Below are positions 1-12,720 of a stretch of 64,000 bases of DNA, one piece after another. A program made the position numbers and the translations under genes. The stretch spans positions 1,664,001 to 1,728,000 of the forward strand of contig CAWAUV010000007.1 of assembly GCA_963785305.1 (NCBI GenBank), read 5' to 3'. Within the stretch, counting starts at the first letter, position 1. The number at the start of each line of letters is the position of its first letter. The notes below the pieces were generated by a model, which was not told the origin of the DNA, did not search any database, and saw only the letters and a list, made by a program, of their open reading frames with translations. The stretch comes from an uncultured Planctomycetaceae bacterium. GTDB taxonomy: Bacteria > Planctomycetota > Planctomycetia > Pirellulales > PALSA-1355.

Positions 1-3000
1 CAAGCCCCATTTTTGCGCCAAGGTCATGTTGGCGATGGATTGATCAACATTCGCCAAGTCACCGCGGCTCATGTCGACGAGACGGTTCACTCCATCGTAC
101 GAATACAGCTCGTCCTGCCCGGCCGTGACGGTTTCTTGCCGCCAGAGGCGGTTGCTCGCCTGATCGTAACCGTACTGGAGCGTCGTGAGGTTCGCGCTGG
201 GCGTGGTCCACGGGTTATTGATGACGCGGCCGAACTGGTCGAGGCCGATATACGGGTTCGGCGCGCTGCCGCCGCCGAGCGACCAAGTGACGTCGGGCTG
301 CGGATAGGTCAGATCGACGAACGTACTCACGCCGAGATAGGTATAGGCGACAAGAGTCGTGCTGTCGGAATCGACCAAACTGGTCACGCGGCTGAGTGCG
401 TCGTCGGCGCCGTCGGCGTAGTTTTGCGAGACCGTTCGCGGCGTCGAGCCGCTGAGCGCGCCGGGATAGGTGGTCGCGGTCAAGCGGATCGTGTTTTCGC
501 TGCCGTCGGCATAAGTGTATCCAACCTGCGGACTTGTCGCCGTGTTCACCGCGGCGCCGTGTTGTTGATATTGGTTCGTGAGTTGCCGGAAGCCGTTGTA
601 GGCGTTTTGGATTTGATTGACGATCGTGCTTCCGCCGGTATCCGCGTAGCTGGTGATTTGATTGACCAGGCCGCGGATTTCGTAGTTCGTGCTGATCCGC
701 CGCACGCTGCCGTCGACGCCCGCGCCAGTGTCACAACAATGTCGTCGGTCGATCGACCCAGCAGGTCGAACAGATACTGATGCACCGTGCCGTTTTGATC
801 GGTCTTGCCGACAACCTCGCCCTGGCGATTGCAGGTCTGCGTGACCTGATCGGAGCCGGCGACGCTATCGGGATAGATCGTGGCGCTCAAAAGATCGTTG
901 CTGGCGATCGCGGAATCGGCCAACGTCGTTCCGAAGACGAACGTCGTGGTCTGGTCGCCCGTCGTTGGATTCACCGCCGTCAAGGCAATCATGTTGCCGT
1001 CGCCGTTGTAGGCGAACCGAACGGTTACGTCCGTTTCGTTGCCGGGGCAACCGCCGGTGTAGTTGCTGATTGTGCTAAGCGATTTGCCGAGCGCGTTGAA
1101 TGTTTGGAGCGCGACGATGCCGGCCGGATCGGTTGTTTGGTTCAAATTGCCGGCGCTATCGTAGCCGAATGTCGTGACCAGCACGCTCGCGCTGCTGGCT
1201 GGCGGCGTGGCCGGCGCGGTGAACGCTTCGTTATTGTTCGTGCCGTAATTGGCGGCGGCGATCTGTCGACCAATACCGTCGGGCCAGTTCGCCACGTAGC
1301 TCACGCGGGCCAGCGGCTGCGTTCCACTATACGGCGGGTTCAAGACGCCGTTCCCCGTCGTGCTATCGAATCGTTGGTACGAATCGACCTCGACGACGTT
1401 ATTCGCGTCGTCATAGCTGGTCAGCGTCTGCTCGAATATCTTGTTGTCGGCCGTGATCTGACCCACGTCGCTATAGGGTTCGGTTCCCGAGCCCGTGTAG
1501 TAGCCGACGTACGACGCGATCTTGCGAGCCTGGCTATCGTAGATCGATTTCGTAAATGCCTGCGAACCGGCCGGCAGTGTCTTGATGATGTTGTCGGCCG
1601 CGTCGCGCCAGGTGTTGTCGACCAGCGAGTTGCCGAGCGCGCCCGTGCTCGGGTTCACCGAGTAAACTTGCGTTTGATAGACGCGGCTGCGGTCGTCCCA
1701 GAATGTCAATGTACGGGCCAAGAGTTGCCCGTTCTCAGTCGTGTTGCGGCGGTCTTTTTGGATCACCCGATCGAGATTGTCGTAGGTGACGCTCAGATTG
1801 AATTCCAGCTCGCCGTCGATGGCGACTTGCCGGTCGCGCCAATCGAAGACGAAGCTGGTGACGCGATCGTTCAGCCCGGTGGCATCGACGTAATCCGTCG
1901 TCTCGGTCAAGTTGCCGTCGCCCCCCGACGCCCCGCCGTCGTACACGTTGCCGGTGACTTGGACCATGTTGTTGCCTTTGGCGCCGCCGCCCGTCGGGTC
2001 GCCGGCGCTCGCCCCGGCGGCGTTCGTGCCGACGAAGACTCCGGTGACCTTCCCGCGCGGATCGAAAACTTTCGCGGTGATCGTGCCGCCGGGAGTGGTC
2101 GTCATGTCCGCGCGGTCCATGATGTCGTAACCGTAATCGGTCTCGTCGTAATTCACCCCGCTGGCGCCGAGGCCGAACGCCGGAATGCAATGATACGCCC
2201 GGCTGGCGGTCCGCTGCCCGGCGTCATTATACACGTTAGCCGACCACGCCACCCAGCTCGACTGCGGATAACAATCCGACGGCGACAAGGCGCCTTCGGT
2301 CGTCGCCCGCGCCGCCTGAATCGTGTCGGTCGTTCTCCCGGCATAGTCGAACGACGCGAGCGTCACCGGATTGACCAGCGTCGAGCGGTAATAACTCGAG
2401 CTGCCGGTGACATAACCCTGGGCGGTCCAGGTTTGATGCAGCACGTCGTGATACACCGTCCAGCTTGCCGTGCGGGCATCGACGCCGTTGACCGGATGCC
2501 TCGGCCCAAGCTGCTGCGTCACGCGGCCCAGGTCGTCGTAAGTATAGTCGGTTTCTAGGCTTAGCCTTGTTCCGGCCGGCGGGCTCGGCCAGCCGTATCC
2601 CGTCGGCGGATCGACGTCTTTCAATTGCGTGGTCACGACGCCGAGCGTGACATCATAGGTAAAGCTGTCGACGTAGTTTCGCGGGCCTTGCTCCCAAGTC
2701 AGGTTGCCATACTCATCGAACAGCATCCGCTGCACGCCGGCGGCGCCGGAGCCGTTTTGATCGGTCGAGATCACCGGCAGCGTGGTGGTTTTTTGCTCGA
2801 TTTGCAGCGTGCCGGCGTACCAGGTGTAGGCGTAACTGGTGACGATCGGGTCGCTGCCGCCGTTGGCGTCGCTGGAATACACCGTGCTGGCGGCGATGGG
2901 GTAGATCGTGGCCAGCGACGCCGAAGGGTCGTCGTCGGTCGTGTTCCGCTGGTAATAGGTGGTCTCGCTGAGCAGGATCGGCAGGTTGTTGAGCCCCTGT

Positions 3001-3527
3001 TGCACCGACGTGCTTTCCAGGTAGCCCGCGGCGCCGCCGGGCGTGGTCGGCGTGGCGGTGGTCGACGGGTAGTAGCTCGACAGTTTGACAAGGCCGCTGG
3101 TGGGATTGACGATCGTCGTCGGCCCGCCCAGATCCGGCTGGCTGTCGTCGTAGCCTTGCACTGCGGAGGGCTGGGCCTCGAGAATCACCTGGGCCAACAC
3201 TTCGTCATACTGCCGGTACGTGGCCCAGCTATCCGCGCCGCTGACCAGCGAGGTGAGCAGCGACTGGCCGATGTGGTTCGTATAAACAATGTTCTGGCTG
3301 CCATCGGGCCGCGTCTCGACCGTCTTGGTCTGCCAGTAGTTGTAATCCTGCGAATTGCCGCTCGACGTGTAGGCGAAAGTAAACGTCCGCGTGCCCGCCT
3401 CGACGGTTTCGAGCGTCACCCGCTGCTGGTTGTCGTACTCGAAATAATAATCCGCGAACTGGGCGACCTGCTCGTCCGGCGCCTAAAGCGGATTCGCATT
3501 CGCCAACGACAACCGGCGAAACGACTC
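1..3527 (-). pseudogene. Orphan 5'-truncated RHS/YD-repeat module B' (copy of 7265-12034; runs off the window's left end)
   Basis: ORF 546-3419 has RHS core repeats (YDDLGRV, FDWRDRQ, YDSAGNL). Frameshift near 725, in-frame TAG at 3483-3485, no native N-terminus. Near-identical to 8509-12034. Confidence 0.85.
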
Positions 3528-3566
3528 GCATATTCGCAACTCTCATCAGGCGTAGCGCCAGCGCAT
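3522..3566 (-). mobile_element. 45-bp degenerate 5' stub of a group II intron related to the window's intron
   Basis: Reverse complement ATGCGCTGGCGCTACGCCTGATGAGAGTTGCGAATATGCGAGTCG aligns without gaps at 34/45 to the intron's first 45 nt. It is preceded by the REP-like AGGTGCCTGG. Confidence 0.75.
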
Positions 3567-3623
3567 CCAGGCACCTGGTTCAATTTCCGGTTCGTGCTAC
3601 CTTTTCCTCTGCCGATCCGTAAT

Positions 3624-4007
3624 TTACGGTCCGACTAAGTAAGATGTGGCAACAATATCCGTAACCCCGGACTGATCATAATAAATTTTTCCTTGGACTA
3701 CACGCGTGACGATACCAGGTTTATCTAATCTCACAAATAGACATGACTTATTCGACTCGCGATCCTTTCCAAACGAACAACTAAATCCATTTTCTTCGAG
3801 AGTCCGCTTAGCGGTTTCAACCGAGCTTCCGATCGAGAAGTTTCGCAACAATTCACGCCTATTTGCGACGTCATCGCCATCGAGCCGGATTGCGGGTATC
3901 GAGCGACTCGACGGCGAAACCGTTCTCGAACTCTTACATCCGCATAGGAAAACCGAAGCACAAGCGACGGTAAGCAAGCAAAGAACGCAATGCACCGAGG
4001 TAATCAT
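3624..4007 (-). CDS. Putative lipoprotein immunity protein for RHS tip CT-1
   Basis: 127 aa, hydrophobic leader with a lipobox-like FLCG-C, AT-rich, directly downstream of the toxin tip. Identical copy at 12131-12514. Confidence 0.75.
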   Translation of the reverse strand: MITSVHCVLCLLTVACASVFLCGCKSSRTVSPSSRSIPAIRLDGDDVANRRELLRNFSIGSSVETAKRTLEENGFSCSFGKDRESNKSCLFVRLDKPGIVTRVVQGKIYYDQSGVTDIVATSYLVGP

Positions 4008-4213
4008 TGCTTAAATAATACCTCTAACAATGTACGAGTGAAACAAATGCCATGTCGTTTGCGGATTTTAAATTATCAGGTCAACGGAATTAAGAACCTA
4101 CCTTGGAACCCATGAAAGCATGCAATTTTGCCGGCGATTTCAGTGCTGGCACCCGGTTGCCGGATAAGCTCTAAAATGGAAAGTTGTAAAACATTCCAAG
4201 GCGAAGGAGTACT

Positions 4214-6230
4214 TCACTTTTTGAAATTATTTATTACGCATTGCGGGATCGGAACCCTATACCCCACAGGTTGTTTTGGACGCCCGGAGTAATAATCGGC
4301 GAGTTGGGAAGCCCTTTACGTTCTACACAGAACTGAAGGAGCCACGCTGCTACCGAATTGCTATTTGCATCGGCTGCAAGTGTGGTGCCCGGTGAAGGGC
4401 TATAAGCAATATTGCATGCGTCGATTGCGCCCAAGACCTTTTGCAAGCAATTACCTAGCATTTCACAGTTTCCCTGGGCGGAAAGCTCCCTACAATTCTC
4501 GTTCTTTATGCCATCTTTGGGCCAATCGATTCCGCCTTCTTCATATGGTGCGATAGTACAGCGTACACGGCCATAGTCGGTCTTTTTAGTCTTCTCATCG
4601 ACCTGAGCATCGTGCTCTGGACCGCCGCGGTAGACGGTTGTCGCGCCGTTACAATTCAACGTCAAATACAAATGCACGGCTATTTTTCCTACCACCGGAT
4701 GGCCAATAGGGTTCGCGCAGAGGCGAACAGTTGTCGTTTCGGTTCCAGTTGGATCTATCCGGTTTTCAGGGTTATTTGAGCCATATCGGTAAAAATTAAG
4801 ATCCCAGCCGTCAAAAGCGAGCGGATCGCGAGCAATCCAACTGCCAAGAAGAGCGTTCAAATACCGTTCCCGCACTTGGTAAAGCCAAGACTCGCTGTCG
4901 CAGCGGTAGCCGCAGTAGAGGGTTTCCCAGGCGTAGCTGCTTCCGCCAGAGCGAATGCTGAAATCCGGATTGAGGAATGTCGGCGAGCCATAAGCTGTGT
5001 AGCTGTAGCGTTCTTGAACGGCGCCGGACGCATTCGTAATTGCGGTAACGTTCCAGTTGGCATCTTGCAGGGCATACAAACGCTCCGTTGAGCGATCGCG
5101 GAGGACCAGATCGTCGATGTAGCGTTGGCCCCAGACGAATTGGCGGTCGGCGGTGGTAGCTCCATTTACTCGTTCTTCGAGGACCTGCCAATCGTTCGAG
5201 TAGTACAAGTCGCGCACGATGCCGGAAATCGTCTTTTGCGTGCGGCGATTGAGACCATCGTAGCTGTAGGTGGCGACGCCTAGCAGTTGCGTCAAGCGGT
5301 TCCAAGCGTCGTAGGTTGCCGCGAACGAACTCGCGGGGGCCGCCGGTTGCGGAATCGTCGTCATGTTCCCGGCGGGGTTGTAAACCGGCTGCGCCATGCG
5401 GCGCCGTAGCGCTGCGTGATGCCCATGATCTCATTCACAGGATTCGACACGCGCTGCTGGTCGAGGTTATTCGCGGAAGTCACGACGTCGGTGTTGACGA
5501 AGTTGGACCAGTTGCCTGTCGCGTCGAGTCCCCATTGCTGGGCGAGGGTCATGTTCGCGATCGACTGATTCCCGCTATTGAGATTGCCGCGACTCATGTC
5601 GGTGAGGCGCTGCATGCCGTCGTATGAATAAAGCTCGTCGTTGCCGGTGGCGACGGTTTGATGGCGCCAGACGCGGTTGCCGGCTTGATCGTAGCCGTAC
5701 TCGATCTGGTCCAGCGTGGCGGTGGGCGTCGTCCAGGGATTGTTGATCACGCGGCCGAACTGGTCGAGGCCGAGATAGGGATTTGCGCCGGAGCCGCCGG
5801 CAAGCGACCAAGTGACGTCGGGCTGGGAGTACGTCAGATCGACGAACGTGGCGAGGCCAAGATACGTATACTCGACCAGTGTCGTGCTGTCGGAGTCGAC
5901 GTAGCTCGTGATGCGGGACAGAGCATCATCGTTGCCGCTAGCGTAGTTATACGTCACGACGCGAGGCGTCGAACCGCTGACGGCGCCGGGATAGGTGATC
6001 GCCGTTAGCCGCGTCGTGTTGGCGCTGCCGTCGGCGAAGGCGTACTGCACGTTGGGAGACGTGGCGGTGTTCACGGCGGCGCCATGCTGTTGGTACTGCG
6101 TGACGAGTTGCTGGAAACCATTATAGACGTTTTGAACCTGATTGACCACCGTGGTCGCGCCGGTGTCGGCATAACTCGTGATCTGGAAGACGAGGCCGCG
6201 GATTTCGTAAGCCGTGCTGATTCGCCGCAC
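4214..6230 (-). pseudogene. Orphan RHS module C (short core plus tip CT-1)
   Basis: Begins abruptly at VRRISTAY. Has the RHS-associated core end (YRYGSNNPENRIDPTG) and the same tip as module A. Indels near 5394 and 4280 relative to module A. Confidence 0.85.
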
Positions 6231-6311
6231 CCGCGTGGCGGGGCTGCCGGCGCTCGGACAGCTGAACGTCAGCAAAGACTGCCCGCCGGGTCGAAAAACC
6301 GCCGCCAGCGA

Positions 6312-6333
6312 AATCAATGAGTCCTGACCGTTT
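6312..6333 (-). repeat. Intron-free copy of the REP-like intron target (AAACGGTCAGG|ACTCATTGATT)
   Basis: The + strand AATCAATGAGTCCTGACCGTTT is the reverse complement of the joined exons flanking both introns (GGTCAGG|ACTCATTGATT). Confidence 0.8.
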
Positions 6334-6446
6334 CGAATTCTCCCAAATAAACGCCGCGTCGCCACACCTCATTCCCTCCGACGAGGTTTTCAGGAAGGAC
6401 ACGCGATTTTACATTAATGCGTAAAACCCATATTTCGGAGAACCTA

Positions 6447-7271
6447 TTAACGATGAATTTCCAAACCTGCCTTCAACTTCTTGAGGCTCCTTAGCCTTTC
6501 ATCGCTAACCGAGCTTTCATCGACAAACACGCGCTTGAGGCGAGGCAGCCGACAAAGAATAAGCAGTCCCGAATCGGTGATTCGTGTACTCCTAAGATCA
6601 AGAACTTCAAGGTTGGCAAGCTCCACAAGAGTCGAAAGCCCGGCATCGGTCACCAACGTTTTTTCAATATCCAGGCGAGCCAGGCGCGGCAACGCGTGAA
6701 GAGCGTGCAATCCAATATCGGTGATTCGAGTGCCTGTAAGATCGAGAGATTCGATCTCAGATAGACATGCGATATCTAAGAGCCCGGCATCCGAAATCGA
6801 CGTGCCCGCCAAGTCTAGTATGCATAAATTCCTTAAAGCTCGTAAATGTTTAAGGCCAGAATCAGTAATTTTGGTGCCGTTTAGGAGAAGCAACTCGAGG
6901 CGCTCAAGCGATTTAAGGTGTACTAAGCCAGCGTCTGTAACTTGCATGTCGCTAAGAATCAGACTCCGTAATTCAGGAAGTTTTTCCAACTCCGCAAATG
7001 CTACATCGTTGAAGTTCGAAGTCGCCCAAAACTCAACGACATTCTTAGGCGAATTCTCTCCGGAAATCGCTCTAAGACGTTCAATAAACGTCATTTCCGA
7101 AGAATCAACTACCAGGTCAACGTCAATGCTGTACGTGCACCCTATTTTATTAAGATTAGCAAGCGCATTTCGTTGTCGATGCATTAACTCCGTTACCCAA
7201 GCGAAAGAAATGCAAAGCGCCGAAAGCAATAATAAAAGCAGTTTTAATCCAAAGCGGGGCATCGTTAACAC
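6447..7271 (-). CDS. Leucine-rich repeat protein with N-terminal hydrophobic segment; putative immunity for tip CT-2
   Basis: Repeats of LxxLxLxxTxITDxGLxxL; overlaps the toxin stop by 7 bp; AT-rich. Confidence 0.85.
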   Translation of the reverse strand: MLTMPRFGLKLLLLLLSALCISFAWVTELMHRQRNALANLNKIGCTYSIDVDLVVDSSEMTFIERLRAISGENSPKNVVEFWATSNFNDVAFAELEKLPELRSLILSDMQVTDAGLVHLKSLERLELLLLNGTKITDSGLKHLRALRNLCILDLAGTSISDAGLLDIACLSEIESLDLTGTRITDIGLHALHALPRLARLDIEKTLVTDAGLSTLVELANLEVLDLRSTRITDSGLLILCRLPRLKRVFVDESSVSDERLRSLKKLKAGLEIHR

Positions 7272-10200
7272 ATGATAATGTTAGGAAAATCACCATTGTC
7301 CCGGCGTTTTGTATCGCAAAGGGGCTCGAATTTCTTGCCTGCTTTCATTACCGCGCCCTTAAAGTCCGGAGTACATGTTATCTTGATATATACGTACTTG
7401 CAGGCCTTTGATTTGCATATGTTTTCCGCCGCTTCCGCCGCGGTTTTGTACGCGTTTGCAAGTGCCTCGGCACCCTTATCTTTCGGCAGCGGGTCGTTGT
7501 TCGGCGGATTAATCGGAAGAGCATGTTCTTTTCCCCATAAGCCCTCGCATTTGCGTTGAATGTCTTTCGGAAAGCATCCGACCCCACCAATATATGCGGG
7601 CGGATTCAACCTGCAACTCTCATAAAGTTTGTCTAATAGTTTGTCTATCTCGTCGACCGGATCGTTCGGAAAAAAATGTCCGGCGACAAGCCTGATTTCG
7701 CATGGTCCAGTTGATGGGTCTGCGAGTCCAACAGGATCAATGCTGCCAAGGGCCTGATTTCGTACATAACGGTAAATATTTGCCGGATCGCCCTCGAATC
7801 CGATTGGATCCCGCGTGATCCAAAGTCCCAGCAGCGAATTCAAATACCTGTTCCGGACCTGGTACAGCCACGAATCGCTGTCCCAGCGGTAGCCGCAGTA
7901 GAGAGTTTCCCAGGCGTAGGCGGAGCCGCTGGTTCGGATGCTGAAATCGGGGTTCAGGAATGTCGGCAGACCATAAGCCGTGTAGCTGTAGCGTTCCTGC
8001 ACCATGCCCGATGTATTGACGATCGCCGTGACGTTCCAATTCGCGTCTTGCAGGGCGTAGAGGCGTTCGGTCGAGCGGTCCCGAAGGACCAGATCGTCGA
8101 TGTAGCGTTGGCCCCAGACGAATTGGCGGTCGGCGGTCGTGGCGCCGCCGACGCGTTCTTCGTGGACTTGCCAATCGTTCGAGTAGTACAAGTCGCGAAG
8201 AACGCCCGAAACGGTTTTGGTCGTGCGGCGGTTGAGGCCGTCGTAGCTGTAAGTGGCGACGCCAATCAGTTGTGTCAAGCGGTTCCAAGCGTCGTAGACG
8301 GCGGTGAACGCCGACGAAGGGGATGCGGGCTGCGGGATTGCGGTCATGGCGCCGGTCGGACTGTAACTCGGCTGCGCCATGCGGCGCCGTAGCGCTGGGC
8401 AATGCCCATGATCTCGTTGACCGGATTATTCGACCGTTGTTGGTCGAGATTGTTCGTCGGCGTCAGAACATCGGTATTGACGAAATTGGACCAGTTGCCC
8501 GTGGCGTCCAAGCCCCATTTTTGCGCCAAGGTCATGTTGGCGATGGATTGATCAACATTCGCCAAGTCACCGCGGCTCATGTCGACGAGACGGTTCACTC
8601 CATCGTACGAATACAGCTCGTCCTGCCCGGCCGTGACGGTTTCTTGCCGCCAGAGGCGGTTGCTCGCCTGATCGTAACCGTACTGGAGCGTCGTGAGGTT
8701 CGCGCTGGGCGTGGTCCACGGGTTATTGATGACGCGGCCGAACTGGTCGAGGCCGATATACGGGTTCGGCGCACTGCCGCCGCCGAGCGACCAAGTGACG
8801 TCGGGCTGCGGATAGGTCAGATCGACGAACGTACTCACGCCGAGATAGGTATAGGCGACAAGAGTCGTGCTGTCGGAATCGACCAAACTGGTCACGCGGC
8901 TGAGTGCGTCGTCGGCGCCGTCGGCGTAGTTTTGCGAGACCGTTCGCGGCGTCGAGCCGCTGAGCGCACCGGGATAGGTGGTCGCGGTCAAGCGGATCGT
9001 GTTTTCGCTGCCGTCGGCATAAGTGTATCCAACCTGCGGACTTGTCGCCGTGTTCACCGCGGCGCCGTGTTGTTGATATTGGTTCGTGAGTTGCCGGAAG
9101 CCGTTGTAGGCGTTCTGGATTTGATTGACGATCGTGCTTCCGCCGGTATCCGCGTAGCTGGTGATTTGATTGACCAGGCCGCGGATTTCGTAGTTCGTGC
9201 TGATCCGCCGCACGCTGCCGTCGACGCCCGCGCCAGTGTCACAACAATGTCGTCGGTCGATCGACCCAGCAGGTCGAACAGATACTGATGCACCGTGCCG
9301 TTTTGATCGGTCTTGCCGACAACCTCGCCCTGGCGATTGCAGGTCTGCGTGACCTGATCGGAGCCGGCGACGCTATCGGGATAGATCGTGGCGCTCAAAA
9401 GATCGTTGCTGGCGATCGCGGAATCGGCCAACGTCGTTCCGAAGACGAACGTCGTGGTCTGGTCGCCCGTCGTTGGATTCACCGCCGTCAAGGCGATCAT
9501 GTTGCCGTCGGCGTTGTAGGCGAACTGGACCGTGACGTCGGTTGCGTTGCCGGGGCAGCCGCCGGTGTAGTTGCTGATTGTGCTAAGCGATTTGCCGAGC
9601 GCGTTGAATGTTTGGAGCGCGACGATGCCGGCCGGATCGGTTGTTTGGTTCAAATTGCCGGCGCTATCGTAGCCGAATGTCGTGACCAGCACGCTCGCGC
9701 TGCTGGCTGGCGGCGTGGCCGGCGCGGTGAACGCTTCGTTATTGTTCGTGCCGTAATTGGCGGCGGCGATCTGTCGACCAATACCGTCGGGCCAGTTCGC
9801 CACGTAGCTCACGCGGGCCAGCGGCTGCGTTCCACTATACGGCGGGTTCAAGACGCCGTTCCCCGTCGTGCTATCGAATCGTTGGTACGAATCGACCTCG
9901 ACGACGTTATTCGCGTCGTCATAGCTGGTCAGCGTCTGCTCGAATATCTTGTTGTCGGCCGTGATCTGGCCCACGTCGCTGTACGGCTCGGTCTCCGAAC
10001 CGGTGTAGTAGCCGACGTAGATCGCAGTTTTTCGGGCCTGGCTATCGTAAATCGTCTTGGTGAATTTTTGCGAACCGGCCGGCAGTGTCTTGATGATGTT
10101 GTCGGCCGCGTCGCGCCAGGTGTTGTCGACCAGCGAGTTGCCGAGCGCGCCGTGCTCGGGTTCACCGAGTAAACTTGCGTTTGATAGACGCGGCTGCGGT

Positions 10201-12034
10201 CGTCCCAGAATGTCAATGTACGGGCCAAGAGTTGCCCGTTCTCAGTCGTGTTGCGGCGGTCTTTTTGGATCACCCGATCGAGATTGTCGTAGGTGACGCT
10301 CAGATTGAATTCCAGCTCGCCGTCGATGGCGACTTGCCGGTCGCGCCAATCGAAGACGAAGCTGGTGACGCGATCGTTCAGCCCGGTGGCATCGACGTAA
10401 TCCGTCGTCTCGGTCAAGTTGCCGTCGCCCCCCGACGCCCCGCCGTCGTACACGTTGCCGGTGACTTGGACCATGTTGTTGCCTTTGGCGCCGCCGCCCG
10501 TCGGGTCGCCGGCGCTCGCCCCGGCGGCGTTCGTGCCGACGAAGACTCCGGTGACCTTCCCGCGCGGATCGAAAACTTTCGCGGTGATCGTGCCGCCGGG
10601 AGTGGTCGTCATGTCCGCGCGGTCCATGATGTCGTAACCGTAATCGGTCTCGTCGTAATTCACCCCGCTGGCGCCGAGGCCGAACGCCGGAATGCAATGA
10701 TACGCCCGGCTGGCGGTCCGCTGCCCGGCGTCATTATACACGTTAGCCGACCACGCCACCCAGCTCGACTGCGGATAACAATCCGACGGCGACAAGGCGC
10801 CTTCGGTCGTGGCCCGAGCCGCCTGAATCGTGTCGGTCGTTCTCCCGGCATAGTCGAACGACGCGAGCGTCACCGGATTGACCAGCGTCGAGCGGTAATA
10901 ACTCGAGCTGCCGGTGACATAACCCTGGGCGGTCCAGGTTTGATGCAGCACGTCGTGATACACCGTCCAGCTTGCCGTGCGGGCATCGACGCCGTTGACC
11001 GGATGCCTCGGCCCAAGCTGCTGCGTCACGCGGCCCAGGTCGTCGTAAGTATAGTCGGTTTCTAGGCTTAGCCTTGTTCCGGCCGGCGGGCTCGGCCAGC
11101 CGTATCCCGTCGGCGGATCGACGTCTTTCAATTGCGTGGTCACGACGCCGAGCGTGACATCATAGGTAAAGCTGTCGACGTAGTTTCGCGGGCCTTGCTC
11201 CCAAGTCAGGTTGCCATACTCATCGAACAGCATCCGCTGCACGCCGGCGGCGCCGGAGCCGTTTTGATCGGTCGAGATCACCGGCAGCGTGGTGGTTTTT
11301 TGCTCGATTTGCAGCGTGCCGGCGTACCAGGTGTAGGCGTAACTGGTGACGATCGGGTCGCTGCCGCCGTTGGCGTCGCTGGAATACACCGTGCTGGCGG
11401 CGATGGGGTAGATCGTGGCCAGCGACGCCGAAGGGTCGTCGTCGGTCGTGTTCCGCTGGTAATAGGTGGTCTCGCTGAGCAGGATCGGCAGGTTGTTGAG
11501 CCCCTGTTGCACCGACGTGCTTTCCAGGTAGCCCGCGGCGCCGCCGGGCGTGGTCGGCGTGGCGGTGGTCGACGGGTAGTAGCTCGACAGTTTGACAAGG
11601 CCGCTGGTGGGATTGACGATCGTCGTCGGCCCGCCCAGATCCGGCTGGCTGTCGTCGTAGCCTTGCACTGCGGAGGGCTGGGCCTCGAGAATCACCTGGG
11701 CCAACACTTCGTCATACTGCCGGTACGTGGCCCAGCTATCCGCGCCGCTGACCAGCGAGGTGAGCAGCGACTGGCCGATGTGGTTCGTATAAACAATGTT
11801 CTGGCTGCCATCGGGCCGCGTCTCGACCGTCTTGGTCTGCCAGTAGTTGTAATCCTGCGAATTGCCGCTCGACGTGTAGGCGAAAGTAAACGTCCGCGTG
11901 CCCGCCTCGACGGTTTCGAGCGTCACCCGCTGCTGGTTGTCGTACTCGAAATAATAATCGGCGAACTGGGCGACCTGCTCGTCCGGCGCCTAAAGCGGAT
12001 TCGCATTCGCCAACGACAACCGGCGAAACGACTC
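7265..12034 (-). pseudogene. Orphan RHS module B (long core plus tip CT-2)
   Basis: ORFs 9929-11926, 9054-9974, 8344-9213 and 7265-8380 join across indels. Core ends in IDPVG, followed by a Cys-rich AT-rich tip. In-frame TAG near 11990. Confidence 0.85.
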
Positions 12035-12073
12035 GCATATTCGCAACTCTCATCAGGCGTAGCGCCAGCGCAT
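12029..12073 (-). mobile_element. 45-bp degenerate group II intron 5' stub (second copy)
   Basis: Identical to 3522-3566. Confidence 0.75.
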
Positions 12074-12130
12074 CCAGGCACCTGGTTCAATTTCCGGTTC
12101 GTGCTACCTTTTCCTCTGCCGATCCGTAAT

Positions 12131-12514
12131 TTACGGTCCGACTAAGTAAGATGTGGCAACAATATCCGTAACCCCGGACTGATCATAATAAATTTTTCCT
12201 TGGACTACACGCGTGACGATACCAGGTTTATCTAATCTCACAAATAGACATGACTTATTCGACTCGCGATCCTTTCCAAACGAACAACTAAATCCATTTT
12301 CTTCGAGAGTCCGCTTAGCGGTTTCAACCGAGCTTCCGATCGAGAAGTTTCGCAACAATTCACGCCTATTTGCGACGTCATCGCCATCGAGCCGGATTGC
12401 GGGTATCGAGCGACTCGACGGCGAAACCGTTCTCGAACTCTTACATCCGCATAGGAAAACCGAAGCACAAGCGACGGTAAGCAAGCAAAGAACGCAATGC
12501 ACCGAGGTAATCAT
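12131..12514 (-). CDS. Putative lipoprotein immunity protein for RHS tip CT-1
   Basis: Identical to 3624-4007; lipobox-like motif; downstream of the toxin tip. Confidence 0.75.
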   Translation of the reverse strand: MITSVHCVLCLLTVACASVFLCGCKSSRTVSPSSRSIPAIRLDGDDVANRRELLRNFSIGSSVETAKRTLEENGFSCSFGKDRESNKSCLFVRLDKPGIVTRVVQGKIYYDQSGVTDIVATSYLVGP

Positions 12515-12720
12515 TGCTTAAATAATACCTCTAACAATGTACGAGTGAAACAAATGCCATGTCGTTTGCGGATTTTAAATTATCAGGTCAACGGAATTAA
12601 GAACCTACCTTGGAACCCATGAAAGCATGCAATTTTGCCGGCGATTTCAGTGCTGGCACCCGGTTGCCGGATAAGCTCTAAAATGGAAAGTTGTAAAACA
12701 TTCCAAGGCGAAGGAGTACT

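Larger units (their letters stand above)
1..6230. repeat. Large direct repeat, copy 1 (matches 8509-14739; period ~8,507-8,509 bp)
   Basis: Position 1 CAAGCCCCAT matches 8509. ORFs repeat at a constant offset (3419/11926, 3624/12131, 4365/12873). Confidence 0.95.
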
